This document shows, piece after piece, positions 1 to 12,786 of a stretch of 64,000 nucleotides of DNA. Position numbers and translations under genes: made by a program. Numbering within the stretch: the stretch's first letter is position 1; each line of letters starts with the position of its first letter. Source of the DNA: Prorocentrum cordatum (Eukaryota); NCBI GenBank assembly GCA_963575745.1, contig CAUYUJ010000225.1, forward strand, positions 620,001-684,000. The letters are read 5' to 3'. A model generated the notes under the pieces. That model had not been told where the DNA came from. It saw only the letters and a program-made list of their open reading frames with translations, and did no database searches.

Positions 1-471
1 GTGCGCGCGCAGGCTCCCAGGGCGCGCACGGCCGCCAGGGCGTGCAGTGCACGCGCGCGCGCCGTGCGCCGCGAGGCCGCGCCCGGGGGCCCTCCGCCGC
101 AGGCGCGCGCCGCGCGGCGGGGGGCGCGTCCTGCGCCTGCTCCGCGCCAGGGGGCTCTGCAGGGGGCGCCGCCATGCGGCGGGCGGCGCCCCGGGCGGCC
201 GTGCCCCCCGATCCGCTGCGCAGCCGCGAGGGGGGGGAGGGCGAGAGCGGGAGGAGGAGGAGGAGGAGGAGGAGGAGGAGGAGGAGGAGGAGGAGGAGGT
301 GGAGGAGGTCCCCGCCCACCATCGGTTCTCGCGAACCGATGGGAAGCGCGGGGGCAGGGTTCGGGCTCCGCTGCGCGCTCGAGGAGCGCCGAGCCCCTGC
401 CCCCGCCGCGCACCGGGCTGCCTGCACCGTTGTGATCGGCGAGGGCAGGGTTCGGATGTCGCCGCCGAGGG

Positions 472-675
472 TGGAGGAGGCCCTGGGACACACAAATAAA
501 CACACACACACACAGATAACAGGACTCCCCAGATTTTCTGATATTTTCCAGTTGTTGTCCTCCCCCCCCACTTCCCACAGTTTCCCACATATCCCGACGA
601 TGACCTGTGTCTGCGTGTGTGTGTGTGTGTGTGTGTGTGTCTGTGTGTGTGACTGTGTGTGTGTGTGTGCGTGTG

Positions 676-710
<35 letters not shown>

Positions 711-779
711 CTGTGTGTGTCTGTGTGTCTGTGTGTGTGTCTGCGTGTGTGTGTGTCTGTGTGTTTTTTTCCCTCCCGA
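472..779 (+). mobile_element. Family A short element, copy 1 (internal (GT)n expansion)
   Basis: Has the GGACACACAAATAAA...CCCCACTTCCCA...TGTGTCTG...CCCTCCCGA core shared with 9 other copies; flanks gaggg/gagga (5-bp TSD, 1 mismatch); ~160 bp of GT repeat expanded inside the right arm. Confidence 0.85.
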
Positions 780-2399
780 GAGGAGAGGGGCGGTCCTGGG
801 CGGGAGCGGGCGGGGGAAGGGGGCGGGGCTGCCCCCGCATCGGGGCGTCGCCGGCGCGCGTCGCGACCGTCCTCGGCTGCCCTCCGAGCTCTCTCGGCCC
901 GCGGGAGGCCGCGCGCCAGCCCCGGGGGGCGAGAGGCCCGCACGGGTGGGGCGATCGAGAGCACAGTCGGGGCGTTGACCTAAGGAACCCTAGATAAGGA
1001 ACGAGGCTCCTTTTTTGTTTAAAGTTAAACTTCGATTTCCTACATAAGTGAAACTTTGTTTAACGAGGCCCCTTTTTCCTCTACATAGGTTAAGCTTCGA
1101 TTTCCCATCAAAAACCTCCGGAACACCTGAGGCAAGCTGCGAAACAATCAGGGAGCACGGAGCCCCTCCTCAGCGAAAAGGGTTCCTTCTTCAGCGCCCC
1201 GACTGTACCACGGGGGGGCCCACGGCACGACAAGACTGCAACGCCTGAGGAGAGGGCGGATTGTTGCAGGACAGGGCTCGGGCCGAACGAACGGGGGGCG
1301 GATGGGGAAAGGGGAGGTTACGAGATCTGCTGCGTGCAGCTGGTTTCGGCCCCGCCGCCGGGCCCATTTCCCGATGCATGGGCGCCTCCCGGCGCCGGGA
1401 GGCGCTGGGAAAATCAGCTACAGTGAGCTGAATCTCACCCCCCCCCCTTTGCTATCCCCCCCCCCTTCGCCCGGCCCGAAGGGCAAGATGTGGAGGGTGG
1501 AAGAGCCAACGGAAAGGGAAGGCGAGGGGCGGAGGGGCAGAATGCTGTGGCAGAGAAAACGGGAAATGGGGGTGGGCGGAGGCGGCATGCAGGAGGGACA
1601 GGAGGATGCCAGCAGGATGGGTGGGTTTGACCGACAAGTGGCGCTTAGCTTATCCTCGTGGTCAGCCAACGAGGCCCGTGCTTTCTGGTGAAGACTACCC
1701 CCCTTTCAGAAATATGGATCGCCAAGACGCCCCGTTCGCGATGCAGCCTGGAGGGCCAACATCATGATGAAAATGGAGAGGCACCTCAAAATAAAAGGGT
1801 TCCGCTGACTCCCGCACAAACGAACGACCCGCCCAGTGTCGCCCCGCGTCACGCTCCGACGGAACACCCGAGGGATTCCGCGGGATAGAGGGGGAGCATG
1901 CCCTGCAGCATGCCACCAGGAGGCTGGAAGCACGCATGCCTGGATTCGCATGGCTCCGCGCTGCGCGCAGACAGCCCCCCCGAAGGGCAATCCTGGCTGG
2001 CCTCAGCGGGCCCCCCGAGAAGTCCCAGCGGCTCCGCGCAGCCCCGGGGGGCGATCTCGGCACCCCGGCGCCGCCTGCCGCGGCGCTTCCGCGGCGCTCC
2101 GCGCCCCGGGGTTGGGGCGTCGAGGCCGCCCCCCGGGCCACTCGGGGGGGGGACCTGCTGGGGCCAGCGGGGACCACTCGGGGGACCTGGCAAGGCCAGG
2201 GCTGCCTGGAGGGGGGGCTGGCTGTCTGCGCGCAGCCCGAGGCCTCACCACAGGCCGCGCGCAAGGGACACACTTTGGCGCCGGCGGCTCGGCGGAGGGA
2301 CGGCGCTGGCGGAGAGGCACTGGTCAGGGGCACGAGCGCGAATGAAGCCGCGGTGCACGAGGGGAAGGAGGAGGCGCAGGCGCAGGACGCACATGCGGC

Positions 2400-3760
2400 A
2401 TGCCAATGTACCAGGGCACAGGAGCGTCGAGCACTGGAAATACACCTGGCCACACGCGCATCCGGCTCTCGCCCAGGCCAGCCGGCCGGCCACATGATGC
2501 GCGTCCAACTTCGTGGCAGCGCGTGGAACTTCCAGAGCCGTGGGCATCGACATCGCCGTGGCTGGCTCAAGGGCAGCGAACGCATCCACATCCAAGCCCT
2601 CGCGGTCTGGACTCCAGGGCGCGATTCGGTGGATACGCGGTCGCACGGACACGTTCCGAGCGGGACATCCGCGAAGACATGCCACACATTCGAAGGGGTC
2701 GCGGCCCAGGGGCCCGGCCCGCGAGGCCTCGGATACGCACAGGTTTGTCGCCCACGAGTGGCCGCACCTCCCGCCCAAATGCAAGAACCAAATCCGACCG
2801 AGCTCACCACGTGCGGCAATCTGTCCGTGACCGTGAGACGCCCACACCAAAGGACGGCCCCCCCCCCGACCCTTCTCCACGCTTCGTGGAGAGGGCAGGC
2901 ACACTTTCCAAGAAAACGTGCGACGCTCTCTGGGACGTCAGATGGCACACCTGCCATTGAGTCATCCCTGCTCAACGCTCTCACGGCGGCTCTTGTCCAC
3001 TGCCATCTCATCCACCGCGCTGCTGCTTGGCACCCGTTGAGCACTCATTTAACGCATGCGGGGGGGGGGGAAGACATCAAGAAAGTAAAACTCCGGGCAC
3101 CCGCTGAGACATTTCCGACTCGAAGCTTCGGCAAACGAGTGCCATCATATTTATCGTGGGTTTCTTGCGGCATCCAATTCACATGAGGGCCCATGATCGA
3201 GCATGCCCACCAGCCGAAGCTGAGTACCCATGCGTAAGAAACGCCCTCAATCACTTCCCCGAACTGGCGAAGTCGGAATCGGCCTCGTATTGGCCAACGC
3301 TGGCATCGCCTCAAAAGCGGGACTGTGTGTACGCGTTGATTTATAGGCGCCGCCAAATCATGCTTCACATGGGCTAAGCATTGGGGCCACATTCTCGGAA
3401 ATCAAGTCCGTCGCCACCGTGGAACTCCTGCGTGTTTAATTCCGGAAGGGCCGACCCCAATGCGATGAGCTTGAGCAGGACAACGAAGGCGCCTGTCGTC
3501 GGGCCAAGGCCGCGGGTGGCGCCAGGCATACTTTTCTGCATAGAGCTGAGGTAAGCACCAAGCACGAGCTTGGTATAAGCCTGGCCAGGAAAAACATGAT
3601 GCCCAAAGAGGCAGGGAGGGACGGTGCGCGACTCCCTTGCGCACCTCGTGTGACCATCGTCCGTGCAATCCACCGCCCCAGCCCGCAGCGGCACAACAGA
3701 TTTTTGTTGTCGGCGGCGTCTCGAATCCGAGTTGCGGGCGGGCTAGTGTGGGGGTCGTTC
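2400..3760 (-). pseudogene. Heavily decayed non-LTR retrotransposon (LINE) ORF2 remnant, post-RT/RNase H-like region
   Basis: Minus-strand frames give broken motifs reminiscent of LINE ORF2 (GPTTGAFVVLLK...GLDFRECGP; DGSG...AVLW...VTD; REVRPLVGDKPVRIR) with many stops and frameshifts; recognised by pattern only. Confidence 0.35.
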
Positions 3761-3765
3761 ATCGA

Positions 3766-3922
3766 GAAACCTTCCACAAGATACCCAACCCTGGGATCCC
3801 ATGATGTCCCTTCATTTGGGGCGCGGGAACTTCACGCTTTCCGCGGCAAAAGCAATCGAAACCCAAAAAACCCAGGGCACCCTGGAAGCAAGCAGGGTGG
3901 TTCTTGGCATGGGTCTCCATTG
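3766..3922 (+). repeat. Dispersed repeat family E (also ~7681-7842, 23876-24040, 30283-30450)
   Basis: Shared CCTTCCACAAG...CCCAGGGCACCCT..AGGCAAGCAGGGTGCTTCTTGGCATGGG..CCACT block in four places, same orientation. Confidence 0.8.
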
Positions 3923-5592
3923 TGAGCTGGCGCACAGGCCGCGCAACGATTTACATGCGATCGAAAATATCACTACAAGATGTCCAACGGGGGCGCGCTC
4001 TCCGTCGATCGCCGAACTCCACGAAGGGTGCCCCGAAACTCCTGAGAGCCCCTGGGCGACGGGAGGAGTCAGAAACCTCTGCACGGGGCAGCCGTTGGCA
4101 AGCTCACGCTGGTCTTTCATTTCGTGCGCCTCCTGCGCTGCACCTGCTCACGATGGCCGTCATGATGCGTGGCCCGTGCGAGAAATCCTGACCCCCCCAT
4201 AAGACGCATCTCTTGGACGGCAAGTCCGCTGGTTTCCGCCACCTTTCGCCCAAGAAAATATGCAAATATCCTGCTTTATGAAATTCGCGGTAGCGCCCGT
4301 GACCAGCCCCGCACCCCGCCCCCCTCCCCCCTCCTTCCTGATCACCCCCCTCCCTCCTCCCGGATCGCCAAGAATGTTGTGTCATTGTATGCATTGTATA
4401 CAAACAAACACCGCCCGCAAAGCCCACGCTGCAAAAGCACAAACAAACAACCAATGCATCATTGCACCGTTTGGAAACTGTGTGTGTTTTTGTTGTTTTT
4501 CTGCATTGTCTTCTCCTCTTCGAGATAAGGATGCGCTCGCAGAAACCAAAACACAAAAACACAGCCCGCCCAACCGACATACCTATACATATACATATAT
4601 TTGTATACATATATTTGTGCGCAAGACTTGAAGCTCGCTGCGCTTCGCTCCGCAGTCTTGGTCTAGCGCACTGCGTGCGAGGCGCGGGGGGGAGGACAAA
4701 CGGGCGTGTTGGGCCGAAACACAGCTATACGTGGAGGCAAAGGGGGCTGCGAGAAACGGCAAAACACGTGGGGCGGTGGAAGAGGTGCGAGCCGTTCGAC
4801 GACGGCGACGACGTTGTCGTCGTCGCTGTCGTCCTCGCCGCCGTCGGTCATCCTGAGGTGGTCTTAGGCCTCCTGGAACCGCCTTGGGTCGACGTTGCCG
4901 TCTTCGTTGCTCGGCTTCGGGAGGAGGGGCGTCGAAGGCCTTTTTGATACCCCTCCTCCTCTCTCCCCAAAGCGGACGCCACATCAGAATGTCCGCGGAC
5001 GACCGATGCCTGCAAGCTACACAGAAACGCTCAATCGACGAGTCGGGGGTACTGCAGACGACCACTCGGCCAGCCGACTGCGCTGCGACAGTATGGGCCG
5101 GCGGAATGAGCGAAGCGACTAAATGAATAAGGATGCGCATGCCAGAATTACGAAACGAAAGCATCCCAGCACCACCTCACAACACATAGAAACTGACATT
5201 GTTTAAAAGAGAAAGCATCGTTGCCCCATGTGGGGGACATCTTCTCCTCGAAATAACGGTGCACTTGCAGCACTCAAAAACAAAATCATCCCAGCCCCCC
5301 AAAACAACAAAACATCGTTGCCCCATTTCGGAAACAGTATGTTGTTGCCCGGTCCTCTCCTCGAGATAAATATGAATTTGCAGTCATCGAGAAAAAAACA
5401 TCACATCCCAGCCCGCCCGCTAGAAAATGCTTTGTTTCCTTTAATAAAAGAGTTGTAAAGAACGAACAAATCAACTGTGCTTGTTTGGAGCAGGCGATGC
5501 ATGTGAACAGAAATACGGATTCGAATGGACGTACAAGAGATATGCACTGAATCTCTATCATATGCATATCACACAGATATCACATATATTTA

Positions 5593-5594
<2 letters not shown>

Positions 5595-5641
<47 letters not shown>
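5595..5641. repeat. (TA)n microsatellite
   Basis: Direct reading. Confidence 0.95.
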
Positions 5642-5644
<3 letters not shown>

Positions 5645-6444
5645 TAAGTCTATATACATAACTTGCATATCTTTTGAAGGATCGATTTCGGTGGTCCTCT
5701 AAGCGGGGTCTGCCGCCCTGTCTGGGGCCCGGGCACGACTATTTCTCCGAATTGGGAGGAGGAGGAGGAGGAGGAGGAGGAGGAGGAAAAGGAGGAGGAG
5801 GAGGAGGAGGAGGAGGAGGAGGAGAAGGCGCGCTCTCTGAGTGTGGCCAGAGGGAGGGAGGAAGGAAGGATGGAGGGAGGAGGGAGGAAGGAAAGCACTG
5901 GATGGTGGCAACTGGCGATTTCAGGTGTTAAAGTCAGAGTTGAGGAGACACGTTGGCCGAAGGACCGTGGGGAGGTCCTCGGCCCCCTCCGGTGCCTGTT
6001 GACGGCATGGTGGATTGGTGTATCAATGGGAGTGGGAGCAAGGCAGACCCTATGATCGGGGGTGGAGCCTATGGTGGTCACCTCAGAAGGGACAGACGCC
6101 TATGATCATGGTCCTCGCGGGGAGAGGTGAGGGAGGAGAAGCCGATGCCCAGAAGCGTCAGGCCATCAGTGGAGCCGAGGCCGTACCGCGGGAACCCAAA
6201 ACAAGGAGAGCCTGGATGAATCAGAAATTGTGCCCAGCCCTGGGGGCGGGGAAGGGGAGAGGGAAGGGGACATGGCTTGGCCCACCGTCCTACCAACCCT
6301 GGACACAAACGAGCCGACCTGACAGAGCACGCGCAATTCAAGCACGCGCTGAGTCCACCTCCGAAGCAGCAGATTGCTGCCACTCGCCGTGCAGACTCTC
6401 GCCACAGGGGGGAGGAAGACGAGGAGGAGGCCGTCGAGAATGGA

Positions 6445-6842
6445 GGCCTCTCATATAGGAGGAGGAGGAGGAGGAGGAGGAGGAGAAGGAGGAGGAGGAG
6501 GAGGAGGAGGAGGAGGAGGAGGAGAGGGAGGAGGAGGGGGGGAGGAGGAGGAGGAGGAGTAGGAGGAGGAGGAGGAGGAGGAGAGGAGGAGGAGGAGGGA
6601 GGAGGAGGAGGAGGAGGGGGAGGAGGAGGAGGAGGAGTAGGAGGAGGAGGAGGAGGAGGAGGGGGTGCGAGTAGGTGCGGTAGGAGGATGGAGCCGCATC
6701 GGCGACGTCAGCGATGCACTGGCGCCATCGGCGTGGAGAGAATCGGGCTCCACATCGAGCCGCGTCGCCGATGCATCAGCGATGCATCGGCGATGCGGAG
6801 CGATCCTCCGACCCCCTCAACTCCGACCCCATCTGGGAGGCC
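6445..6842 (+). mobile_element. Family B MITE with left TIR split by a ~200-bp (GGA)n tract
   Basis: Left GGCCTCTCATAT | (GGA)n | GGGGTGCGAGTAGG; right CTCCGACCCCATCTGGGAGGCC; CGATGCATCG-rich interior as in the 18372 and 31009 copies. Confidence 0.8.
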
Positions 6843-6902
6843 TGAAGAGACTCTTCCCGCACCGCCTGGATTAGAGGAACAAGGCGAAACAGCATGAACA
6901 TT

Positions 6903-7034
6903 AACTTTCGACGGTCCGCGCGGATTTCTTGGATCTGCGCTGGCCCCCCCCTGGTGGCGCCCCAGGCGCGCTCCGCGCGCCATGGAGGGGGGGCCAGCGC
7001 AGATCCAAGAACACCGCGCGGACCGTCGAGAGTT
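6903..7034. mobile_element. Hairpin MITE, ~45-bp arms (related copy ~14055-14195)
   Basis: AACTTTCGACGGTCCGCGCGGATTTCTTGGATCTGCGCTGGCCCCC and its near-perfect reverse complement at ~6990-7034. Confidence 0.8.
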
Positions 7035-7086
7035 TGCGCCTGTGCCGTGTTCTGCTCTGCCGCGCATCCGAGGAGGGACGCGCGTG

Positions 7087-7243
7087 CTACGCGCTGGCCG
7101 CGCCCGCGCCCGCCCCCGGGAGCAGCCCAGCTAGCAGCACGCCCGCGGGGCCCGCGCACCGCTGCCACCGCAGCCGCTCGCCGCCCTCGTCGACCGTCAC
7201 CGCGCGCACGCCGGGGGAGCGCTGGGCGGCGAGCAGCAGGCGC
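7087..7243 (-). CDS. Candidate terminal exon, possibly of the LRR gene (RLLLAAQRSPGVRAVTVDEGGERLRWQR...ASA*)
   Basis: AG|G acceptor, phase 2, coding-like high-GC3 codons, TAG stop at 7087-7089; link to the LRR gene is inferred and an intervening exon may be missing. Confidence 0.45.
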
Positions 7244-8192
7244 CTCTTCTTGGGAGGGCGGCGGCTGACCCCCCCCCTGAGCTCCGCGCGCCGCACTGCT
7301 GTTCGCACCCCTCGGGCGATCTCACAGGCAGGTCTCGCAGGCAGGGCGGGGACGTCAGCCCTGCTCTGCAAGCTCCTCGGGTGCTGATCTCTACCCTGCT
7401 TTGCCATCGCTGTTTCCGCCATTCAGTTGGGGAAACATCGGCCCTACGCTTCCGAGGCGAACATGGCCGCCTTACTTTTTCGCGTCGTTTGGGGTGCATT
7501 TCCGACACACTTGCAAGTCGGAAAATCAACCAAAGGACGGCGGATCCAGAGTCAGCGGGAACTCTGACAGATCGACCTGGCTCGATTAATGCCGCAGAGA
7601 GATGCGGTCTAGGGCTCTGGTAGCGATTTTGCACGATGTTGCATGTTTTCCGGAGGCTGTCAACTACAGTAGGGGCCCGACCACAAGAAACCTTCCACAA
7701 GAAACCCAAACCTGAGCCCCAAGACGTCCATTGATTCTTGGTGTAAGAACGTCACGCTTTCCAAGGCAAAACCATCGAAATCCACGAAATCAACGGCACC
7801 CTTGAGGCAAGCATAATGTTTCTTGGCATGGGCCTCCACTGCATACACCTGCACCGATACTGCCAAGGCCAGTTCTGGGCCCAGGATCAGTAAGTACGTC
7901 TCCCTCACCAGGGCAGGAGCGGTGGGTGCACCAATCCTGGGCCCAGAATGGGGCTGGCCAGGATCGGCGCAGGCGTACACAGTCGACCCGTGCAATAAGG
8001 ACGCGCGATGAGGATGCAAGGGCCCGTGGAAGGCCGTTTCGAAGCTTTTCGAGCGGAGCGCGGCCAACGAAGGTGGCCAAGCATGGACCGAGGAGGCAAG
8101 GATGCAAGGGCACCATCGGAAATCTGCCCACGCTTCCTATGCGGGCTGGCTGTAGTTGGCGCCCTCGGATTTTTGCTTTTGTGTGTGGCTTT

Positions 8193-8453
8193 TCCGCCAG
8201 CGCAGTCACTCTGCCTAGCCGCCGACGCAAAAAGTGTGTGCCTGTGTTGTGTGCGTGTATGTGTGTGCGTGTGTGAGTGTGTGTGTGTGTGTATGTGTCT
8301 GTGTGTGTGCTGGTGTGCTGGGGGGGGACCGGATGACCAAATCGGAAGATTGGGCGTCACGAACAAAACCGCGATGGCCAGTTTTTCAGGTTTTCGACCT
8401 CTGCCGGCTACTTTACGCGTCGGCGGCATAGGCAGAGTAACTGCGCTTGCGGA
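8193..8453. mobile_element. MITE with ~37-bp TIR and internal (GT)n
   Basis: TCCGCCAGCGCAGTCACTCTGCCTAGCCGCCGACGC is matched by GCGTCGGCGGCATAGGCAGAGTAACTGCGCTTGCGGA. Confidence 0.75.
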
Positions 8454-10201
8454 GGGCTAGCGAATTGCGCCACAATGCAAGAGGCTGGAAAATGGGCCCA
8501 GACATGCGACGTGCTGATTTTTTCAAGACGGCGTTCCCGAAGGCCAGACCCTTTGCCCGGGGCTGGTTTTTCATCCTGAGCTGTTTTTTGGCGATCCCAG
8601 GGCCCGGCGAGGGCCCCCAAGGGCCGAAGATATAGAAAAACCTGCCGTCCTCACTTTTGCGCGACGCGATCATGTCTGGGGGTGCAGGGCGGGCGGCCGA
8701 AGGAGGAGGAGAGGAGAGGGGCCGCTCAGAGCGACCTCTGCTGGCTGCACTTGTGGATGCCACGACAACGGACACCCTAACAGTCCTATCATCGAATTAA
8801 GCACCCTAACAGTCCTATCATCGAATTAAACATGTGTTTAAAGTGTAGGAACACTTTCTGAGCATGTTCAAAACATTTTGAATGTTTAGAACTCTTTTGA
8901 AACATCTTTTAGACATCTGGAAACTATTTGGCAGCACGCCTCCTCTCCATTGATCGACTTCCACAGCGCGATCGTGTCTGGGGGTGCCGGGCGGGCGGCC
9001 GAGGGAGGAGAGGGGCCGCTCAGAGCGACCTCTGCCGGCTACGCGCAGGGAGTGGCCCAGGCGGGGGCTGCCACCGGGGGCGCGCCCTGCCGAGCGGCCC
9101 GCGCGCGCTGCGGCACTAGCTACAAATGGGCGGCCGGCGTGCTCGGGTCTGCCCCCCGGCCCCTCAGCGCCCCTCGAACGGGGACTCCACCGATGGGCAC
9201 GTTGGCCAGTGGCCCGGCGAGCCCAATCCCCCCCGATGTGGGCACCGCTGCAATGCCAGAGAGATGCCTCCAGCGGCAACTTACGGGAATTTCCAAAAGT
9301 GCTCGTTAGCGAATACCCGTTACGGCGCCGCTGACCCCCCCCTCCCCACGCAAGCCCCCAGAAGAGGCCGCTCGCATCAGATCTCAAAGGTCACTCTGGC
9401 GGATCACGACGACGACGACGAGCACGAGCACGAGCACGCGCACGACCTCCAGCGCAACCCGTTGGAGAGAAGATCCGCGGCGAGCGAGGGGGGAAGTGAG
9501 AAGGAGAAGGCCTGCTCAGAAGGCGGCGAGACTTCTCAGCGGCCCTCGCGCCTTCCGAAAAAGCTTTTGTCTGTCTGCCTTCGAGGAAGGCTCAGAGAAC
9601 TTCTCAGAAGGGCCCGGGGACTTCCTAACCTTCTGAAAAGGCCTTTTCCTTCTCTCTTCCCCCCTCGCTCGCCGCCGCACTCTTGCGTGGATTCCCGGGG
9701 GCGCCAAATGGCCACCTCAGATTGCTGGGCGTCGCGAAGCAAGTGCGACAGCCGGCTGACAGCGTTCCCAAATCTCGGGCGATCTGACGTTTTCAACCGT
9801 CGGGCTCTTCCTAGTATATCGGCCCTCGGGGCCACTCTCAAGCCCCAGGGCCGTCACCATCGGATCCGGGACGAAAATCACAGCCCAGGGGAAGCGGTTG
9901 GGACACCTGGAACCGAGGGCTGAAACAAACAGATCAGGTGCATGTCAGGATGTTGGGCCTCTGGAGGCTGGCCCGTGGCCCCGAGGCCGTGACAGAAACG
10001 GCCCGGGGCGAAAAACTAACCCCTGGGGGGGTGGTCGAGGAGGAGGAGGAGGATGAGGAGGAGGAGGAGGAGGAGGGGGAGGAGGAGGAGGAGGAGGAGG
10101 AGGAAGAGGAGGAAGAGGAGGAGGAGGAAGAGGAGAGGGTCGAGGAGGAGGAGGAGGATAATAGAATATAATAGAAAACGCAATGGGGCTCCGATTCAAT
10201 C

Positions 10202-10407
10202 TCGGGGAGACGTAAGACCCGGGTACGGGGGACCTGGAAATCCCCGACGAGGTCGTTAAAAAAATGACGAGGCCGAGCCTGCATTTTGACGAGGCCTCCC
10301 GCTGCAGACATCCCACGAAACTCCTCCTCGTCAAAATCCGAGTCGCGGTCGTCAAAAAACGATGGCGAACCCGAGTCCCGGCAAACCCGGGTCTTACGCT
10401 CCCCCGA
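10202..10407. mobile_element. MITE with ~23-bp TIR
   Basis: TCGGGGAGACGTAAGACCCGGGT ... ACCCGGGTCTTACGCTCCCCCGA. Confidence 0.7.
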
Positions 10408-10889
10408 CAATCGAACTCGACTGGAGACTAAGCCCTGCGCGCTGCCTTGGCAGCTCGTGACGCCATCGATGGCGCGGACAGCCCGTCGGGAGCCACCCGC
10501 GCCGCCTCTACCAGGCGGCCCCTCGTTTGGGCGCGCAGCCCGAGGGGTGCCCAGCTGAGGGGACCAAAACTTAGCTCGTGCCTCCTCGGACAAAGGTGAT
10601 TGGGCGAGCGATGGACCCCTCACCCCCCGTCAACCGGGGAGGAGGAGAGGGAGGAAACATCTGTCCGAAGAGCACGTTCTCTGCAGAACTCTTTCCCTCC
10701 TTCCCCTCCCGCCCGCGACCGTCGCGACGACCGCGACCCCGCCCGCGTCCCTTCCCTCGAGCGCTAGCTGGAGCCGCCGCCGCCTTTGGCACCATAGCTG
10801 GCGCACTCGGCAGCTCGGGGTGCGCATGCGATGGGATCGTGAGCGAGGTTCGCATCAGGACATCCCTCGGCACGGCCCCTCTCTGAATC

Positions 10890-12310
10890 AACTCTCTGCG
10901 ACGCGCCGAACTAGAAAGGGGAGAGGAGGAGGTGTCAGGGGGTGCGGGCGGGGAACTATGACGCCGTCAGGCATGGAAAAAGAGTGCTGGTCGCGCTCAT
11001 TCACTGGGCCTCCGAGCCCCATCTCCGAGCTCACTTCACCTGAGTTCCCAGCCGCCTCTCCGTCGGACCTCTGGGCGCCGCTCCTGGAATCGGATCGCAC
11101 CCCTCGACCTTCACCAGGTACTCCTGGAAGGTCGGCCATGGCGCGCGCGCCGCCTCCGAGTCCTGAGCGTTGAAGGCCACCGACAGAACTCCACGTTTCT
11201 CCTGCATGCTCTCGTCCTCGCCCTCCTTTGTCTGCCTCGCGCGCTTGTAGCGGCACTGGAGCACGACGAGGCCCAACTGTTGTGGAGACTGTGTAAGCAC
11301 GATCTTGGTCCAAAGCTCCATCATGGCGGTGTGGCCGTTTGGGTTGGGCGCTTCTTCCGCCCTCTGCGAGCAAGCCGATGTCGCGCTGGATGGTGATCAC
11401 GAACAATGCCACCTGCGGAGCGCCTCGAGCCTTCCAATCGATCTTTTCGCCTGCTTTCTGCCGCTCATTCATGGCCTTCGAGTTGTCGTCGTACATTTTG
11501 TTGGCCGCGACGCACGCATGGCCGAGGGAGCCGGCCCCTTCCGCCACGAAATAGGCTCGATAGACCACTGCCTCCAGCATGGCCGCTCTCCTCTCCAGGT
11601 GCAGTACCAACTTCGTCGTGCTGCTGCCCAATTGTGTCCTGCTGCTGGCCCTTGTCCTTCCTGCCTCGCTTGTCTTGCGCCGCCGATCCTTGGGCCGCGG
11701 CCCGCTTCGCTGGAAGCGCCATCCAGTCTGGCATCTCGAGGTCTGCCGGCGTGGCCGCCGCTGCCGCACCCCCAGGCATGAGTCGAAGTGCCCTTAGCAG
11801 TCGGTCTCCCAGCGTTGCGTTTCAGGTTCGGTAGCAGAACGGGAGGAGGAGGAGGAGGAGGAGGAGGAGGAGGAGGAGGAGGAGGAGCAGGCAGGTGCTG
11901 GACCAGATGATTGCGGAACTCGGAGTAGTTCGCCCCCTCGACATCGCAAATGGGGGCAGCTGCAGGAGGTCGCCTCGCGAAACTCCGTCGTCGAAGAAGC
12001 CCCTCTCGGATCGCACCGTCCGAGACAAAGGGCGCTCTGCAGGTGTCTACGCGCAGTGACCTGTGTAGCGAAAACCCGTTCACATACGTGCCGTAGGCGT
12101 GCCGTGCACGCCCCCTGTGTTCGGAACGTAGCCCCGCAGAGCATCCCATCCTTCACGTGCGTGCACGTGTGCTTCTCCTCCTCGCCCCCCTCCTCCACCT
12201 CGTCGCCCTGCCCCCCGCAGTCCCCCTCCTCCTCTGCCAGCCAGGGGGGGGCCACGCGAGCAGAGACCACCGAAGCCCTGTACTCGCCGAAGTCTAGGTC
12301 GATGAACTCC
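10890..12310 (-). pseudogene. Decayed retroelement-like 3' region: Cys/His zinc-finger-like segment followed by a second frameshifted ORF
   Basis: HTCTHVKDGMLCGATF...CERVFATQVTARRHLQSALCLGRC, then MPGGAAAA.../TTKLVLHLERRAAMLEAVVYRAYFV...RGAPQVALF/MELWTKIVL...; no introns; frameshifts; interrupted by (GGA)n at 11842-11886. Confidence 0.45.
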
Positions 12311-12315
12311 CTAAC

Positions 12316-12478
12316 TGAAGGGGCCCCAGGACACACAAATAAATACACACAAATGAAAGTATTCCCCATATTTTCCCATATTTTCTGGGTTTTTGTCTGC
12401 CCCCCCACTTCCCATATTTTCCCATATTTTCTGGGGAATCGAGGATTAGTTGTGTCTGTGTGTTTTTTCCTCTCCTGA
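12316..12478 (+). mobile_element. Family A short element, copy 2
   Basis: TGAAGGGGCCCCAGGACACACAAAT...CTCCTGA; TSD ctaac/ctagc. Confidence 0.9.
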
Positions 12479-12618
12479 CTAGCCTTGCCCTGGTCAGGGC
12501 AGAGGTGCCGCCGGGGACGTCGCGAGGTCCAGCAGGAGGTCCGAGTGGTCCAGGCTCGCGGCAGCCGCGGCACGGAGGTCGGAGCGCATCTGGAGGGCCC
12601 AGGGGAGACGCGCGACTA

Positions 12619-12786
12619 TGAAGGGGCCCCAGGACACACAAATAAATATACACACACAAATAAAAGGATTCCCCATCTTTTCCTATATTTTCTGGGTTTT
12701 TGTCTTCCCGCCCACTTCCCATATTTTCCCATATTTTCTGGGGAATCGACGATTAATTGTGTCTGTGTGTGTTTTTTCCCTCCTGA
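12619..12786 (+). mobile_element. Family A short element, copy 3
   Basis: Same ends; perfect TSD gacta/gacta. Confidence 0.9.

Noticed and set aside
4622..4666. Hairpin followed by CTAG, like a Helitron 3' end
   Set aside because: It is not followed by the expected T, and no 5' TC end or second copy was identified.
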